NCBI RefSeq assembly: GCF_964213995.1 | Contig: NC_135830.1 | Coordinates: 930,001 to 994,000, forward strand | Origin: Mustelus asterias | Taxonomy: Eukaryota | Direction: 5' to 3' | DNA: 64,000 nucleotides | Shown here: one piece after another, positions 52,058-64,000 of the stretch | Layout: the number at the start of each line of letters is the position of its first letter | Position numbering within the stretch: position 1 is the stretch's first letter | Program-made: the position numbers and the translations under genes | The notes under the pieces: model-generated | What the model saw: the letters and a program-made list of their open reading frames with translations, nothing else | What the model was told of the DNA's origin: nothing | Database searches by the model: none

Positions 52058-52440
52058 CTATGCACAAGATTGAAAACTGTCAGCGAGGGCAAGTGAAACA
52101 TTAACTAAAGTAGGTTTACCATAAGATTTATTTATACTTCGGATTAAATTCCTTTCAAGGGACGGGTGTCCCACTAAACAGGAATAAGTTGTGCCAGTGT
52201 TCCACTCCGCCGCTGTGAGCCTCAATCTGCTGGCAATGAAGCTGGAACCATTTCCGTCCTCGCTCACTGGTTGACTGGGGAAACCCGAATCTAAAAGCGT
52301 GTCATTGGCCAACCAAGCGGTATAAATTTCAGCAGGATAAAAGCCAGTGGCGAGACACATCAAAGTTGCCGTCTTCTCTGAGTCAATTTCGGCCACTGAT
52401 GGTGGCAGAACGTACACTTTAGGACTATTCATTGCACCAA
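52058..52440 (-). CDS. IgNAR: IgNAR constant exon C5 plus secretory tailpiece (C5 domain 52120-52440; tail 52058-52119)
   Basis: Acceptor tctttttacag|TT. VGAMNSPKVYVLPPS...ATLMCLATGFYPAEI...TYSCLVGHPSL...NKSY, then the tailpiece GKPTLVNVSLALADSFQSCA* with an NVS glycosylation site and penultimate Cys. Internal donor TATG|gtaaac at 52120/52119 serves the membrane form. Confidence 0.95.
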
Positions 52441-52871
52441 CTGTAAAAAGAGAAAAATGCATACATTTCGTTAACCAAATCTTTTTATTTCCTTTTTTTT
52501 CTATACAGTTACCTCTCTTAGAAATATTATATACTGCAAATGTGTAATGCTTCCTATCCCTCAGAGTTTTAAGGCGTGTTTCCTTGTTCATGGGGATCAT
52601 TAATATTCGTTCATTCGTTGTGGTTTGATGTTATTTTGAACAGATTTAGAGAAATAACTTATAAAGGTACGGACATTTTTTGAGTTTGCAGCTCAGCAGA
52701 TTCTCATCTGTTGCATTTTTCATGGCAGTCTTTATCCATGTGGCGACTATTGGGTTCCAGGACTATGTGAAGTGTGTTATACGAGCATTTAATGATAGAA
52801 TCAGATTTTTGTTTTCGTTTAACAACATTGATAATTGAACCAGTCTCTGAACGAGTATTATCTACGCTTAC

Positions 52872-53192
52872 CCTTTATTTTCCGAGTGGACTGTTTCTTT
52901 GGTGTTGGTAATTCACTTCCTTCTGCAAGGCAGACATACTCCACCCCAGTGTCCCACTCTGCTGCTGTGACTTTCAGTTTACTCATGATCGTTGTTTTAC
53001 TTCCACTCCATTCAGGAGTTTGGGTCTCAACTCCTTCCGTTCTCATTCTCCCATCCACTTGCCAGGAGACACTGACGTTTTCTAACACAGTGTAACGGAT
53101 TTCACAAACAATTGTCGCTGTCTTTTGGACCCAAATCTCCTCAAATGAAGGGTTCAATATATTTACGGAAATGTCTTCCTCGTAGCAATCAG
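52872..53192 (-). CDS. IgNAR: IgNAR constant exon C4
   Basis: Acceptor cttcttcctag|CT and donor AAGG|gtaagc; 321 bp. ADCYEEDISVNILNPSFEEIWVQKTATIVCEI...GVETQTPEWSGSKTTIMSKLKV...EYVCLAEGSELPTP; keeps the N-terminal Cys that links the two IgNAR chains. Confidence 0.95.
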
Positions 53193-54300
53193 CTAGGAAG
53201 AAGGTGAAGGGTTATTTGAATGTTTCATGTTGAAATCACTGTTGGCAACAACTACTACATGCTAACAAAAAATAAATGTGGAAAATACTTACTGCAATAT
53301 GCTTTGAGATTGTATTATCTTGTTGCAGCTGAGCTGATGAGTTTCTATGTGCTCCTTGTCCCATTAACTTCCTTCTTATGGCTCATTCCAATCATTTCCC
53401 AATGCATACATATATGCAATCAAATGATCAAATAAAGTAAAAAAAAATGTTCCCTGCATTTCAGATGAGATTAAACCCCTAAAGGACTTGCCCTCCATAT
53501 GATTTTGCAGCTTTGCCTCATTATTTGACACAAAGTTTACTTTCGCGTCGAGTTTGGTGAAGTTAAAGGGGAAAGCAAATGCCAGTTAAGTTCAGAATGA
53601 GCATTGCTGGAATTTTTAAGTAAATCAAACATATTTGTTTTCAAATGTAGAATGGCCACATATATATTATTACGCTGATAGGCCTGGCCCTGAGGTTCTC
53701 AACATTTATGTGTCTGAAAATGGGCAGGCCCTCTGTTTCACATTCCATACTACCCGTTCATTAACAACGAGACAGCAATACCAACCAAAATGGGAAATAA
53801 GCCATTTAAATTCAGGTTAAAGAAGTATCTCTGGCCAGAGAATAAGAACATCAGGTGCAGTTAGCACTGCTGCCTCACAGCGCCAGGGATCCAAAGGAGA
53901 TGGATTCCTCTCCTTTAATATATGGAGATTAAAGCCCCCTCCCCCACCCCCACCACGACAATCACATCCACAATAATTGTATTGCATTTGTTAGAAGCTT
54001 GTGTTGCATTTTCCTTAATGTTATGTCCACGAGTTTCACTATAGGAAACGAGTCAATAAAGATCTCCAAAAAAAAGCTTCTATTTCACGTTCGCTATTCT
54101 TAATCTCCATCAATTCTAATTCAACCTCCAAGTCTTTTCATCCTTTCTGCGACTGTACTTATGTCATCATTTACTCTGATTGTCACTTCTGCCACTTCTG
54201 CAATCATTTGACCTTTGTGGATTGGTGTTTGCCTGACAATATTAATGTCAATTGTTATCATCTTTAAACATGCTTCTATAAGTACATTTACATCTAAACC

Positions 54301-54647
54301 ACATAGAATCATAGAAACCCTGCAGTGCAGAAAGAGGCCATTTGGCCCATCGAGTCTGCACCGACCAGAATCCCACCCAGGCCCTACCCCCATACCCATA
54401 CATATTTTACCCACTAATCCCTCTAATCTACGCATCTCAGGACTCTAAGGGGCAATTTTACCATAGCCAATCAACCTAACCCGCACATCTTTGGACTGTG
54501 GGAGGAAACCGGAGCACCCGGAGAAAACCCACGCAGAAACGAGGAGAATGTGCAAACTCCGCACAGACAGTGACCCAAGCCGGGAATCGAACCCAGGTCC
54601 CTGGAGCTGTGAAGCAGCAGTGCTAACCACTGTGCTACCGTGCCGCC
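54301..54647 (-). mobile_element. HE1-like SINE, young full-length copy, in the C3-C4 intron
   Basis: Near-identical to 5958-6297. Confidence 0.9.
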
Positions 54648-54963
54648 ATTTCACATTTTTCTTTGCCGCCACATATTTGTCTTTGTGCCATTAGGTTATC
54701 TAGCTGATTGCGAAACCTTTGTGCATTCAGATATAAATGCTTCAACTTGCTTAATATTACGTTTATTTGTATTAATTCGCCAATGCATGATTAATGTTAC
54801 ACTCTCTGACTTCCTCTCCCAACCTGCTTACCTTTAACCAAATGACTACTCTCCTCTACTGCTGAAACTATCGGTCTTCAGCTCACAACTCTGCCATCAC
54901 CCGAATCCTCTTTCTCCTTTAGTTTTAAAACATAACCACATCCAAAATGGTGATAACTTTGTG

Positions 54964-55115
54964 ATGTGGAGATGCCGGCGTTGGACTGGGGTAAACACAG
55001 TAAGGACTCTAACAACACCAGGTTAAAGTCCAACAGGTTTACTTGGGAGCAAACGCCACTTTTGCTACCAAATAAACCTGTTGGGCTTTAACCTGGTGTT
55101 GTTCAACTCCTAACT
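54964..55115. mobile_element. Penelope pLTR-derived fold-back mini-element with ~14-bp TSD
   Basis: Begins atgtggagatgccggcgttggactggggtaaacacag (matches the element end at 10653), internal inverted repeat ~54996-55118, flanked by gtgataactttgtg at 54950-54963 and 55116-55129. Confidence 0.85.
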
Positions 55116-57812
55116 GTGATAACTTTGTGCACATGCATAAATTCTAAATCACTGCACATTCTTCCCTTTTTCTGTCAGCGAGAAACATACAGCATCTCTC
55201 TGAAACTGACGTTCAATATACTCTCCGAATTTACAAACATGCCTACAATGGAACGGACTGAAATGTCTATTATGCATGTCCATTAGTGTAACTTTGTTTT
55301 CGTGCTTACAATAAACCTGTTTCATTCCTCCCAATATCAATATTCTACACGAAAGTTCTTAAGAAAATGTGATCATTCTAATTACTATGACTTACGTTTT
55401 GCCTCCTTCCAGAGTGTCAGATGTGAACAGGTTCATCTCTGGTGGGATCTCTGATTAAATCATTATATTTCTTCTCTTAACCTTCACTTCTTCAAGAATG
55501 TAACTGACTAACTCTACCAGGAAGAAACTGCATAATTCATTTGTGCATTTTCCCGAAGACCTTCGCATAAGATTTACTGCCCAGAATTAGGCACCCGATT
55601 CAATTTTAGTTCAAAGCTGTGTTGAATAAAGTTTGAACAGCATGTCCTTGATCAAGAGCGAAGTGTTTCTGTTTGAACAGCCCGAGATCTTGTTTTCTTT
55701 AACAATTTTCTCAACCTTCCCGGCACTCCTCACTGATTTGCACACATGCATCGCTAACTCCGCCTGTTCCTAAAAACGTTTTTGGAACGGCAACCTTTTT
55801 TTATATTGGTTTTCCTGAATTGGCGTCAACATAAAACATTAGGAGGGGAAGAAGCCACGAAAAGTTTGGAAGTTTCACTGAAATATAACGACCCATCGAG
55901 TTAATTTGAAACAACAGAGCACCAACGTGAACGCATTTTGCAACAAAATAGCAGACAGTAAAATCCCCGTGCATCAAACAGATTGGATTCACCAACTGGA
56001 ATCTTCAGGTAATCCCCCTCGTCATTCTTCTGAGATGCATTTGGTTTATTTCCCAACAGTTAACTTGGAACTATATGAGGAAGCGTGAAACCTTTAACAG
56101 TCTCGTTTAAACATTGTTTTCTGTTATTACATCTAACAAGGAAGGTCACTTTGCGTGTCTCTGCCAAATGCCCTTTTGAATCTGTTCCTCGGCAAAAATA
56201 AGCGCCCATCCCTAATTGTCTTTCAGAAGGTAATGGTGAGTCACCTTCCTGAAATGCTGCCATCAATGTGGTGTTGGTACGTCCATAGTGCAGTTATGAT
56301 GGGGTTTACATGATTTTGCCTCAGGGAAAATGAAGAAAAGGACCCATATATTTCCAAGTCAGGATGTATTGTGTATTGGAAATATACTGCCTCCTTTTAA
56401 TATCGCTGGGCCAAAATCCTGGATGTCCCTCCCCAACAGAACTGTGGGTATACTTCAACCGCGTGGATTGCAGCCGCTCAAGAAGGCAGCTCACCCCTAT
56501 CTTCTCAAGGGTATTCAGCGATGAGAAATAAATGTTGGCCCAGCCAGCGACGCCCACAGATTGTTCCCGGATATCTGTGTGAAGCCAGGATATCAACAGT
56601 CTAATTTAACTCGAATGCATCAGAGCCACGTGAAGTCTTTACTTCATCAGAAGTGGAAACATGCCAGCTCCCAAAATGGCCCTTTTGGTCGTAGGATGGT
56701 GAAAGAATTGGTCCCACCATATTTTCTGGATTTGACTAGACTACTGTAACTTCCAGCAGCTACTGTGTTAATGTCGATAACCTGGTGAAGCACAGCAGCC
56801 GAACTTGGGAGCTATTACATTGCATAGGAAGGTATTACAACCTAATGATGCTTCCCAATCGTATATGCTCCATTTTACCAGCTTGGCAAGCGTTAGTCAG
56901 TTTTGTTCGTGTAATTGTAAGGTGGGTGCCTCGGTTATTGTAGCCAAAGGACTTTCCTCATGTGTCAACATGTGCAGCAAAGACCAGTGATCACTGTACA
57001 ATGAGAGCATCACAAGTTAATTGGATTTTCATTTGATTGGAACTCGTACATGGCAAGATATACTAAATAGAGAATTGAACTATTATTTATTGCTACTGTA
57101 CAAATAAATGGTGGCTGGAGACGGGATAGAGAACAGACAAGATCAATTAAACCATCAAATGCCAGAGCATAACCTGATATTCTGGGAAGTTTTAATTTTT
57201 CCCGCTATTGTAGAGATGCCGGTGCAATTATTGCAGAGATAATGCTTTTATCCTGAAAGAAAAATCCAATCAAAAATGAAAAGTAAATCATGAGAGGTGA
57301 TTTCTTCGATCAAAAGCGCTGGTCACTTGATTAGTTTTAGGGCATGAAAACTGTATTTGATTCGACCCTGTGACATCTATCCCACTTGTTACTGTACTTT
57401 TAAGACTAGAAATGTGCGCATTTCTTTCCATTATTTGGTTGAATTCCATAACAGTTGGTTGTTTCTGCCTTTCAGTTGGCTGAATCGGAGCACACAGTAT
57501 TGTGCTGCATTAAAACAGCAAGTTCAGCATGTTCTCATCAGCAGAAAACTGCGCAATTAATTAACAGACATTTTTATCCTTCAGCTGTTCATTTCACTGG
57601 ATTCTCAGGTAGCTTGCCTGGGCCTACCAATTGAGTATTGACTATCGTCTCCTTTCCGAGGAGAAGACACATTAATTGGTGTCCAAACATTTTGGATTTG
57701 CTGGACTCTACTTCGATCTGCTCGTTAGTATATTATCTTTTGGATATTGTGGCCGGATTAACTGCAAAGTCTTATTTTTGTAAAAAAAAACATTCCAACA
57801 AACTGTGCTTAC

Positions 57813-58130
57813 CTTTCGGGCTGTTGATCGTCCTCTTTCCGGTGAATTTTGTAGCTGGATGTGAAGCGGTACAGGTGTATTTTGCTCCTGTCTTCCATTC
57901 CCCTGCCGGTAAAATGAGGAGGCTGCTTGTGCTGAAGGTCTGGTCCTGTTCCAGAGCAGTGGGGAAGCGAGTGATGTTCGAGCTCAAAACAGTTCCGTCC
58001 TTCTCCCAGGAAATGGATATTTTGTCCGGGTAGAATCCTCTTATCAAACAAGTGAGAGTAGCGACGCTGGAACTTTGAATCTCCTCTGCTGATGGAGGCA
58101 GGAGTCGGAGATTGGGCTTCGATGGCTGGA
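57813..58130 (-). CDS. IgNAR: IgNAR constant exon C3
   Basis: Acceptor tctgttgcag|TC and donor AAAG|gtaagc; 318 bp; 88-bp intron to C2. VQPSKPNLRLLPPSAEEIQSSSVATLTCLIRGFYPDKI...FPTALEQDQTFST...EWKTGAKYTCTASHP, matching IgNAR C3. Confidence 0.95.
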
Positions 58131-58218
58131 CTGCAACAGAATAACAACCAATGATTTCCATCCCTCCGTTGTCATTCAGAAAAGAATGATTGTGTTTGCA
58201 CATCGTGCTATAACTCAC

Positions 58219-58521
58219 CTCTTAACTTTTGTGTTTGCTTTGAGACCAGAGTCGATGATTCGCCCTGCTGTGCTGAACAGTTGTATTCAGCCCCACGATC
58301 CCACTCCTCCACACTGCTGGTCAAGCGGCTGATGGTCAGATATTGGTTTCGCCCTTGTTGATGTCCTTCAATTTGAACACCTTCGGTCCTTTTCTTACCA
58401 TCCACTGTCCAAGTGATCCCAACCACACTGGGAACTGTGGAGACCACTTCACAAATGAGTGTGACAGTTTTCTTTATCCAAATTTCTTCAAGTGAGGGGT
58501 CTCTGAGAAATACTGTGATTT
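58219..58521 (-). CDS. IgNAR: IgNAR constant exon C2
   Basis: Acceptor ttttccattgacag|AA and donor AGAG|gtgagt; 303 bp, phase 1/1. EITVFLRDPSLEEIWIKKTVTLICEV...QYLTISRLTSSVEEWDRGAEYNCSAQQ..., matching IgNAR C2. Confidence 0.95.
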
Positions 58522-58699
58522 CTGTCAATGGAAAATAACATAAATCCCGAATCAATGGGAGGCTTTAATGGTAATGATTTCATTTATAACGAGAATTTTA
58601 ATCTCAATGCCAACCGTTAGCCTGGCAATTTTTGTCTTTAGTGGGTTTTCTTGAATGTGAACTATAATTCTGCAGTTTGGCAAGATGCTGATATGAAAC

Positions 58700-59685
58700 A
58701 AAACAGGGATCTTTTCTGGGACCCTTGCTGTTTGTCATTTTCATAAATGACCTGGATGAGGAAGCGGAGGGATGGGTTGGTAAGTTTGCCAACGACACGA
58801 AGGTTGGTGGGGTTGTGGATAGTTTGGAGGGATGTCAGAAGTTACAGAGGGACATAGATAGGATGCAAGACTGGGCGGAGAAGTGGCAGATGGACTTCGA
58901 CCCAGATAATTGTGCAGTGGTCCATTTTGGCAGGTCAAATGGGATGAAGGAGTACAATATAAAGTGAAAGACTCTTAGTACTGCAGAGGATCAGAAGGAC
59001 CTTGGGGTCCGGGTCCATAGGACTCTAAAATCGGCCCCGCAGGTGGAGGAGGTGGTTAAGAAGGCGTGTGGTGTGCTGGCCTTTATCAATCGAGAGATTG
59101 AGTTGAGGAGTCCGGGACAATGTTGCAGCTATATAAGACCCTCGTCAGACCCCACTTGGAGTACTGTGCTCAGTTCTGGTTGCCTCATTACAGGAAGGAT
59201 GTGGAAAAGATTGAAAGGGTGCAGAGGAGATTTACAAGGATGTTGCCTGGATTGAGTGGCATGCCTTGTGAGGAGAGGCTGAGGGAGCTCGGTCTTTTCT
59301 CCTTGGAGAGACGTAGAATGAGAGGAGACCTAATAGAGGTAGATAAGATGTTGAGAGGCATAGATCGGGTGGACTCTCAGAGGCTTTTTCCCAGAGTGGA
59401 AATGGCTGCTACGAGAGGACACAGGTTTAAGGTGCTGGGGTGAAGGTACAGGGGAAATGTTCGGGGGAAGTTTTTCACACAGAGGGTGGTGGGCGAGTGG
59501 AATCGGCTGCCGTCAGTGGTGGTGGAGGCAAACTCAATAGGGTATTTTAAGAGACTCCTGGATGAGTACATGGGACTTAATAGGATGGTGGGTTATAGGT
59601 AGGCCTAAAAGGTAGGGATATGTTCGGCACAACTTGTGGGGCCGAAGGGCCTGTTTTGAGCTGTAGTTTTTCTATGTTTCTATGT
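58700..59685 (+). mobile_element. 5'-truncated CR1 in the C1-C2 intron
   Basis: [11 protein letters not shown]...KFANDTK...LVRPHLEYC with stops and frameshifts; tttctatg tail. Confidence 0.9.
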
Positions 59686-60479
59686 TTCTAAAATTCTGAA
59701 CGGTGAATTGAGACTGTGCAACTGGCTAAGGGGCACTGGCATACAGTAAGGCATAAAGAAATGCAACAGAAAGTGCCATAGTGTAGCAAGATTTAGAAAC
59801 ATAAATTTAGAAAGAAACAATAAAACAGGGAGCAGGAGAAAGTGAGACGGAGAGGGGGGAAGCTGCAGGAACAGGGAGTCAGGAAAATACGTGAAGAGGA
59901 TATGAGATTGGAATTTCACCTCTTGGATGCCGAGTTCTCAAACGGTTTGTTTCTGCTTGAGACAGTGGTGCGAGAAATCAAGTGGCAGAGAGAGATACAC
60001 AGAGAGAAAAGAGAACGAGTTTCTTTGTATGTGTGTGTGTGTTTATGTTTGTGTGATAGAGTGGGGGTGGGGGGGGGGGGGGGCAGAATCGGAAAAAATA
60101 GCAGGAGGAAGAAATAACGATCTATGTTTCTGTTCTATTCCACCTAGATTGATTTGGTGACCTGTCGCTATATTTTCGTCATATATTGTAAATCGATTAT
60201 ACTCAATACATTCTTTACCCAAAGCATAACATTCGTGAGAAAGCGTCTGAGAATTGTCTTTTGCAACATTCTCCCAATTGTAATCAACATTGCGTACTTC
60301 AGCCACCGTAGTTGAAAAGGAGAAAGATAGACAGCAAAATGAGGATGTTCAGCCTTTCAAAACCTCATGATCTCTTATGAAAAGCATTATTAAGCAGCTT
60401 GGCCATTACTGCTGAATGAATTCCAAGCAATTTTACTGTAGTATTTAACTGCAACATTGAGTCTAACTGATCACACTCA

Positions 60480-61320
60480 CAGGAAGATCAATGGTCAGAT
60501 AAGTGGCAGATGGAATGTAACCATGAAAAGTGTGACGTGATACACGTTGAAATGAGTCATTTGACAAATAAGTATTGATTGAACGACATGACACGAGGAA
60601 GTTATGTCGAACAAAGGAACCTTGGTGTATATGTCCATAAATCCCTGAAGACCGAAGGGCATGATAGCAAGGTGGTGAAAAAAGGCATTTGGACACTTGT
60701 CTTCCTCCATCGAGGTATACATTACAAAATCAGGGAAATCATGTTAGAGTTGTATAGAACTTTGGTGAGGCCATAGCTAGTGCAGTGTGTGCAGTTCTGG
60801 TGGCCAGATTGTAGGAAGAATGTGATTGAACTGGAGGGGTGCAGAGGAGATTCACCAGGATGCTGCCTGGCTTGCAACATTTAATTTACGACGAGAGGAT
60901 GGATAGGCTTAGGTTGATTTCTTTGGAGCAGAGAGAAATGAGGGCTGTCCTGATCGAGGCATACAAGATTATGAGGGGCATGGGCAGAGTGGAGAAGGAA
61001 AGCTGTGCCCTTATTTAAAGGATCAGTCAGGAGGGGTTAGAAGTTCAAGCTGAAGGATAGGAATTTTACGATGATTTGAGGAAAGACGATTTACTCCCAG
61101 ATTGTGATGATGGTCTGGCCTGCACTGCCTAAGAGGAAGGTAGAGGTGGTTTGCCTCACATCCTTTTAAAAAGTGTCTGCATGTGCACTTGTCATGTGAT
61201 CACATTCAAGGCTATGGGGACAACTGCTGGTGAATGGGATTACGCGGGAGTTCATGCTTCTTTGGTGTCCCTACAGACGCCAGAGGCCGAAGGGCCTATT
61301 CTGCAATGCATGTGCTATGA
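60480..61320 (+). mobile_element. Decayed CR1 in the C1-C2 intron
   Basis: EQRNLGVYVHKSLK...MLELYRTLVRP; ggccgaagggcctattctg 3' motif. Confidence 0.8.
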
Positions 61321-61606
61321 ATATATGATTCAATTGGTCTGCTCCAGGATCTCCAAGAACAAAATATGTGAAATTCTGTGAAATGAAATTTGAAAAAAAC
61401 AGAAATTCTAAAGATGATTCCAAAGTCTTACTGCTTCCCTCGTCAAAGATATTGCCGAGTTTTCACAACATTTTCTGGGTTTTCTTTCTCGGATTTTTAA
61501 TGCTTATCGAATAGTTTATGTGCCAGCTTCCCAATGAATTGAAACCTGAAAATAAAATAAGATTGTATGACATCTGGAAGTTTGTGAGTTGGTTCCATTT
61601 CCTCAC

Positions 61607-61918
61607 CTGATGTTGATCTAATTTCTTTTCGTTTGTTGCTGTTGGTAGCAGAATGGGTCACTTGGCAGCTGTACGTGGAACCGCTGTTCCATTCCTGAAG
61701 CGGCAACTTAAGGATGCTCCTGGATTGGAATTCTCCTTTTGCTGTTTTACATGGGGACGTAGTGGTGAAGCCAGACTGTAGGGCGTTTCCATTCTTCTCC
61801 CAGCGCACTCCAATGCTTTCTGGTTTGTACTCGCTGATCAAACAAATCAACTGCACAAACCCCTTTGCTCTCAACTCATCAGTTTCAGAGAAGAGACTGA
61901 TGATTGGGGGAGTCGGTC
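61607..61918 (-). CDS. IgNAR: IgNAR heavy chain constant exon C1
   Basis: Acceptor ttttgtaattttag|GA and donor TCAG|gtgagg; 312 bp, phase 1/1. Translates (G)PTPPIISLFSETDELRAKGFVQLICLISEYKPESIGVRWEKNG...EWNSGSTYSCQVTHSATNSNKRKEIRSTS, a C1-set Ig domain (C...W...YxC) closely resembling shark IgNAR C1 (FVQLxCLI, LQEW, RKEIRSTS). Confidence 0.95.
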
Positions 61919-64000
61919 CTAAAATTACAAAACAGGTCTTAGTCCCTCATATGACTAAAATTAAATCGTTTACAACATGGTTAGCCAAAATTTATTCCTG
62001 AACCAACATCGAAATCAAAATCAAATAATTCTGGCAGGATCAAATTGCTGTATGTGAGAGCACATTAACTGCAGCATCTGTCTGAGTGAATCAGTGCCGA
62101 TATTCGAAAGATATTTCGTGGTCAGTATAACATTTGTGGCGTTATGAGGACGTGAAAGCGGGTTAAAATATTTTATTTTTTCTTCGTTTACCTACTTAAT
62201 CCATTGTCGTGTATTACTTGCCATTTATATCATTAGCCTAACAAACTTTACAACACTTGAATTGTTTTCATAAATACAGGCCACATATTTTTGTGTAAGG
62301 TGACATGATTGACTCTCGGCACTGAGTTGAGAAAGTTGATATCGTTGACACATCACAGAATACTTGCACTAACAACTACAATTGTATTCCCACTGACCCG
62401 TTCCTATTCATCATTGCAGTTGCCTGGAATTTCCTGCCATTGAAAAGTTCAGCGTTATTGTGGGACATAACTGAGACGCATCTTACAGGGTGTAAATTCA
62501 TGCTGTCATCAGGAAATTGCGTTTTGCCTCCAACAGCTTGAGAAAAACTGCATGCTGCAGATACTAGTGGACCTGCATTTCGAGAACATTAATTGAGTTC
62601 ACAGAAATTTCCAAGCTGCTTAATGTATTTTACATATTTATGGTCAATGCTAGCAGGTACAGGTTCAACTCAGAATTGTACCTTCGTTTGGCTGCGCATT
62701 GGCAATCTGAATTTGAGATTTATTTTAAGACGTATCTCAATTTTCTCTGGCAAATTGCAACGGGGCATTGAGTGTTTCCCAAGGTGTTTGATAAGATGTT
62801 CAATTTCATTTAAAAAAATAACCGTAACAGGTATGAAACTCTCTGGATAGTTACTGTGCACATTTATCTACTGATGAATAGCTGTGAGGGAACAGATAGG
62901 GAGCTGGTTCCCGTACTGTAAAGCTACGTTTTGATAATCTGTTGATAACTACTGACAATCTGGTTACTAACAGAATTAAGAAAATATCAAGTCAACATTA
63001 GGGCAGTCAGCTCCATATCTACCCCCCAGCCGCCAGTTATCGGCAGAATATTCGGGTATGGACAATGTGTTAAAGGAATTGAGATGATAATGAACATTTA
63101 AATTTGCTTGTCATCACTTAAATTGATAAGCAAATGATTGTGAATTCAATGTGTCAAACATTTCATTCTTTTTGACTTGGCGGAAAGTGGTTGTTTAAAA
63201 TTATCTGTACCTTGAATTCTTTTTTTCCTCTCATATATGTTTTTACTTCTTATATCAATGTGCGCCTCGGCGACATCATCTGACACCAGAACGAGACTAT
63301 GCACCTGTAAATTGACAACCCTACACTGCCACAAGTAGCGATTGTTCAAATGTCACTGAATTGACCGATTGTCCAACATCCAGCACTGCAATGCAGCAGT
63401 TCCCTTAAAATAAACTTTCGCAATGCAGAGATCATCAGATTCTACTGTAGAACCCACTTTCCGTCTGAGGCCAAACTAGACGGATGACAACAATGGAATA
63501 TTGTTTTGACCACAAGACCACCAAGTATTCATTTCATTTCTCAAGACCGTTAGGTTTCACCACAGATACAACGTCCAACTTCACTTTCACCTGAGCACAA
63601 GCGCTGCTGAAATCATCATTCATTAATTTCCTTTCTCTATTCGAATCCATTCTAACCCATCACACTACATTCTCCCTTCTGTGAATTTAAAGCCACCAGA
63701 GCCACTATCGACCCATTTTTAACCATGCTAAGTATCTTTGTCCCATGACTTCGATGCTCGGTAACCTACACCATGCCCAGGACAATCAACACATTTAACT
63801 TAAAATTTGTATCCTTCTCTGCAAATCTTTCCATTACCGCCTCCTCCTAGATCACAGAACACAACTGCTGTTCCACAAACTACAGAGTAACTGTGCACAT
63901 TTATTTGAGTCTGATTTCAATTGCTCCAATATTGGTCGCCTTCCAATTAGCAGCCGTTCCTCATGTTCTGTAATTCTCTCCGGAAGTTTCACCGCCCATC

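Noticed and set aside
61919-64000. Possible J segment, RSS or hinge exon upstream of C1
   Set aside because: No G-x-G-T-x-L/V-T-V motif, heptamer/nonamer pair or convincing small exon was found; treated as J-C intron.

Overview
Shark (cartilaginous fish) genomic DNA. The right part of the window holds the constant region of an IgNAR heavy-chain-only antibody gene on the minus strand: exons C1 (61607-61918), C2 (58219-58521), C3 (57813-58130), C4 (52872-53192), C5 plus secretory tailpiece (52058-52440), TM1 (45717-45874) and a predicted TM2 exon (38425-38433, 'VK*'). All have canonical GT/AG junctions in compatible phases and no stops. No V, D, J or RSS was found, so the V-D-J part must lie beyond position 64000. 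The rest is dominated by retroelements: one full-length CR1 LINE with both ORFs open (18506-22592), one full-length frameshifted CR1 (30535-34800), many truncated CR1s, HE1-like tRNA-derived SINEs and two Penelope-like (GIY-YIG) families. Most worth following up: (i) minimal hammerhead-ribozyme motifs in Penelope pseudo-LTRs that have spread as short solo and fold-back insertions, including a two-ribozyme palindrome directly at the 5' end of the intact CR1; (ii) an octamer plus E-box cluster in the C5-TM1 intron (candidate B-cell enhancer); (iii) a 149-bp inverted duplication in the TM1-TM2 intron; (iv) a duplicated TATA-containing ~300-bp unit; (v) a decayed ~50-bp tandem array. Exon boundaries were read by hand to the base. 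Repeat boundaries are approximate and family names come from recognition, not database searches.
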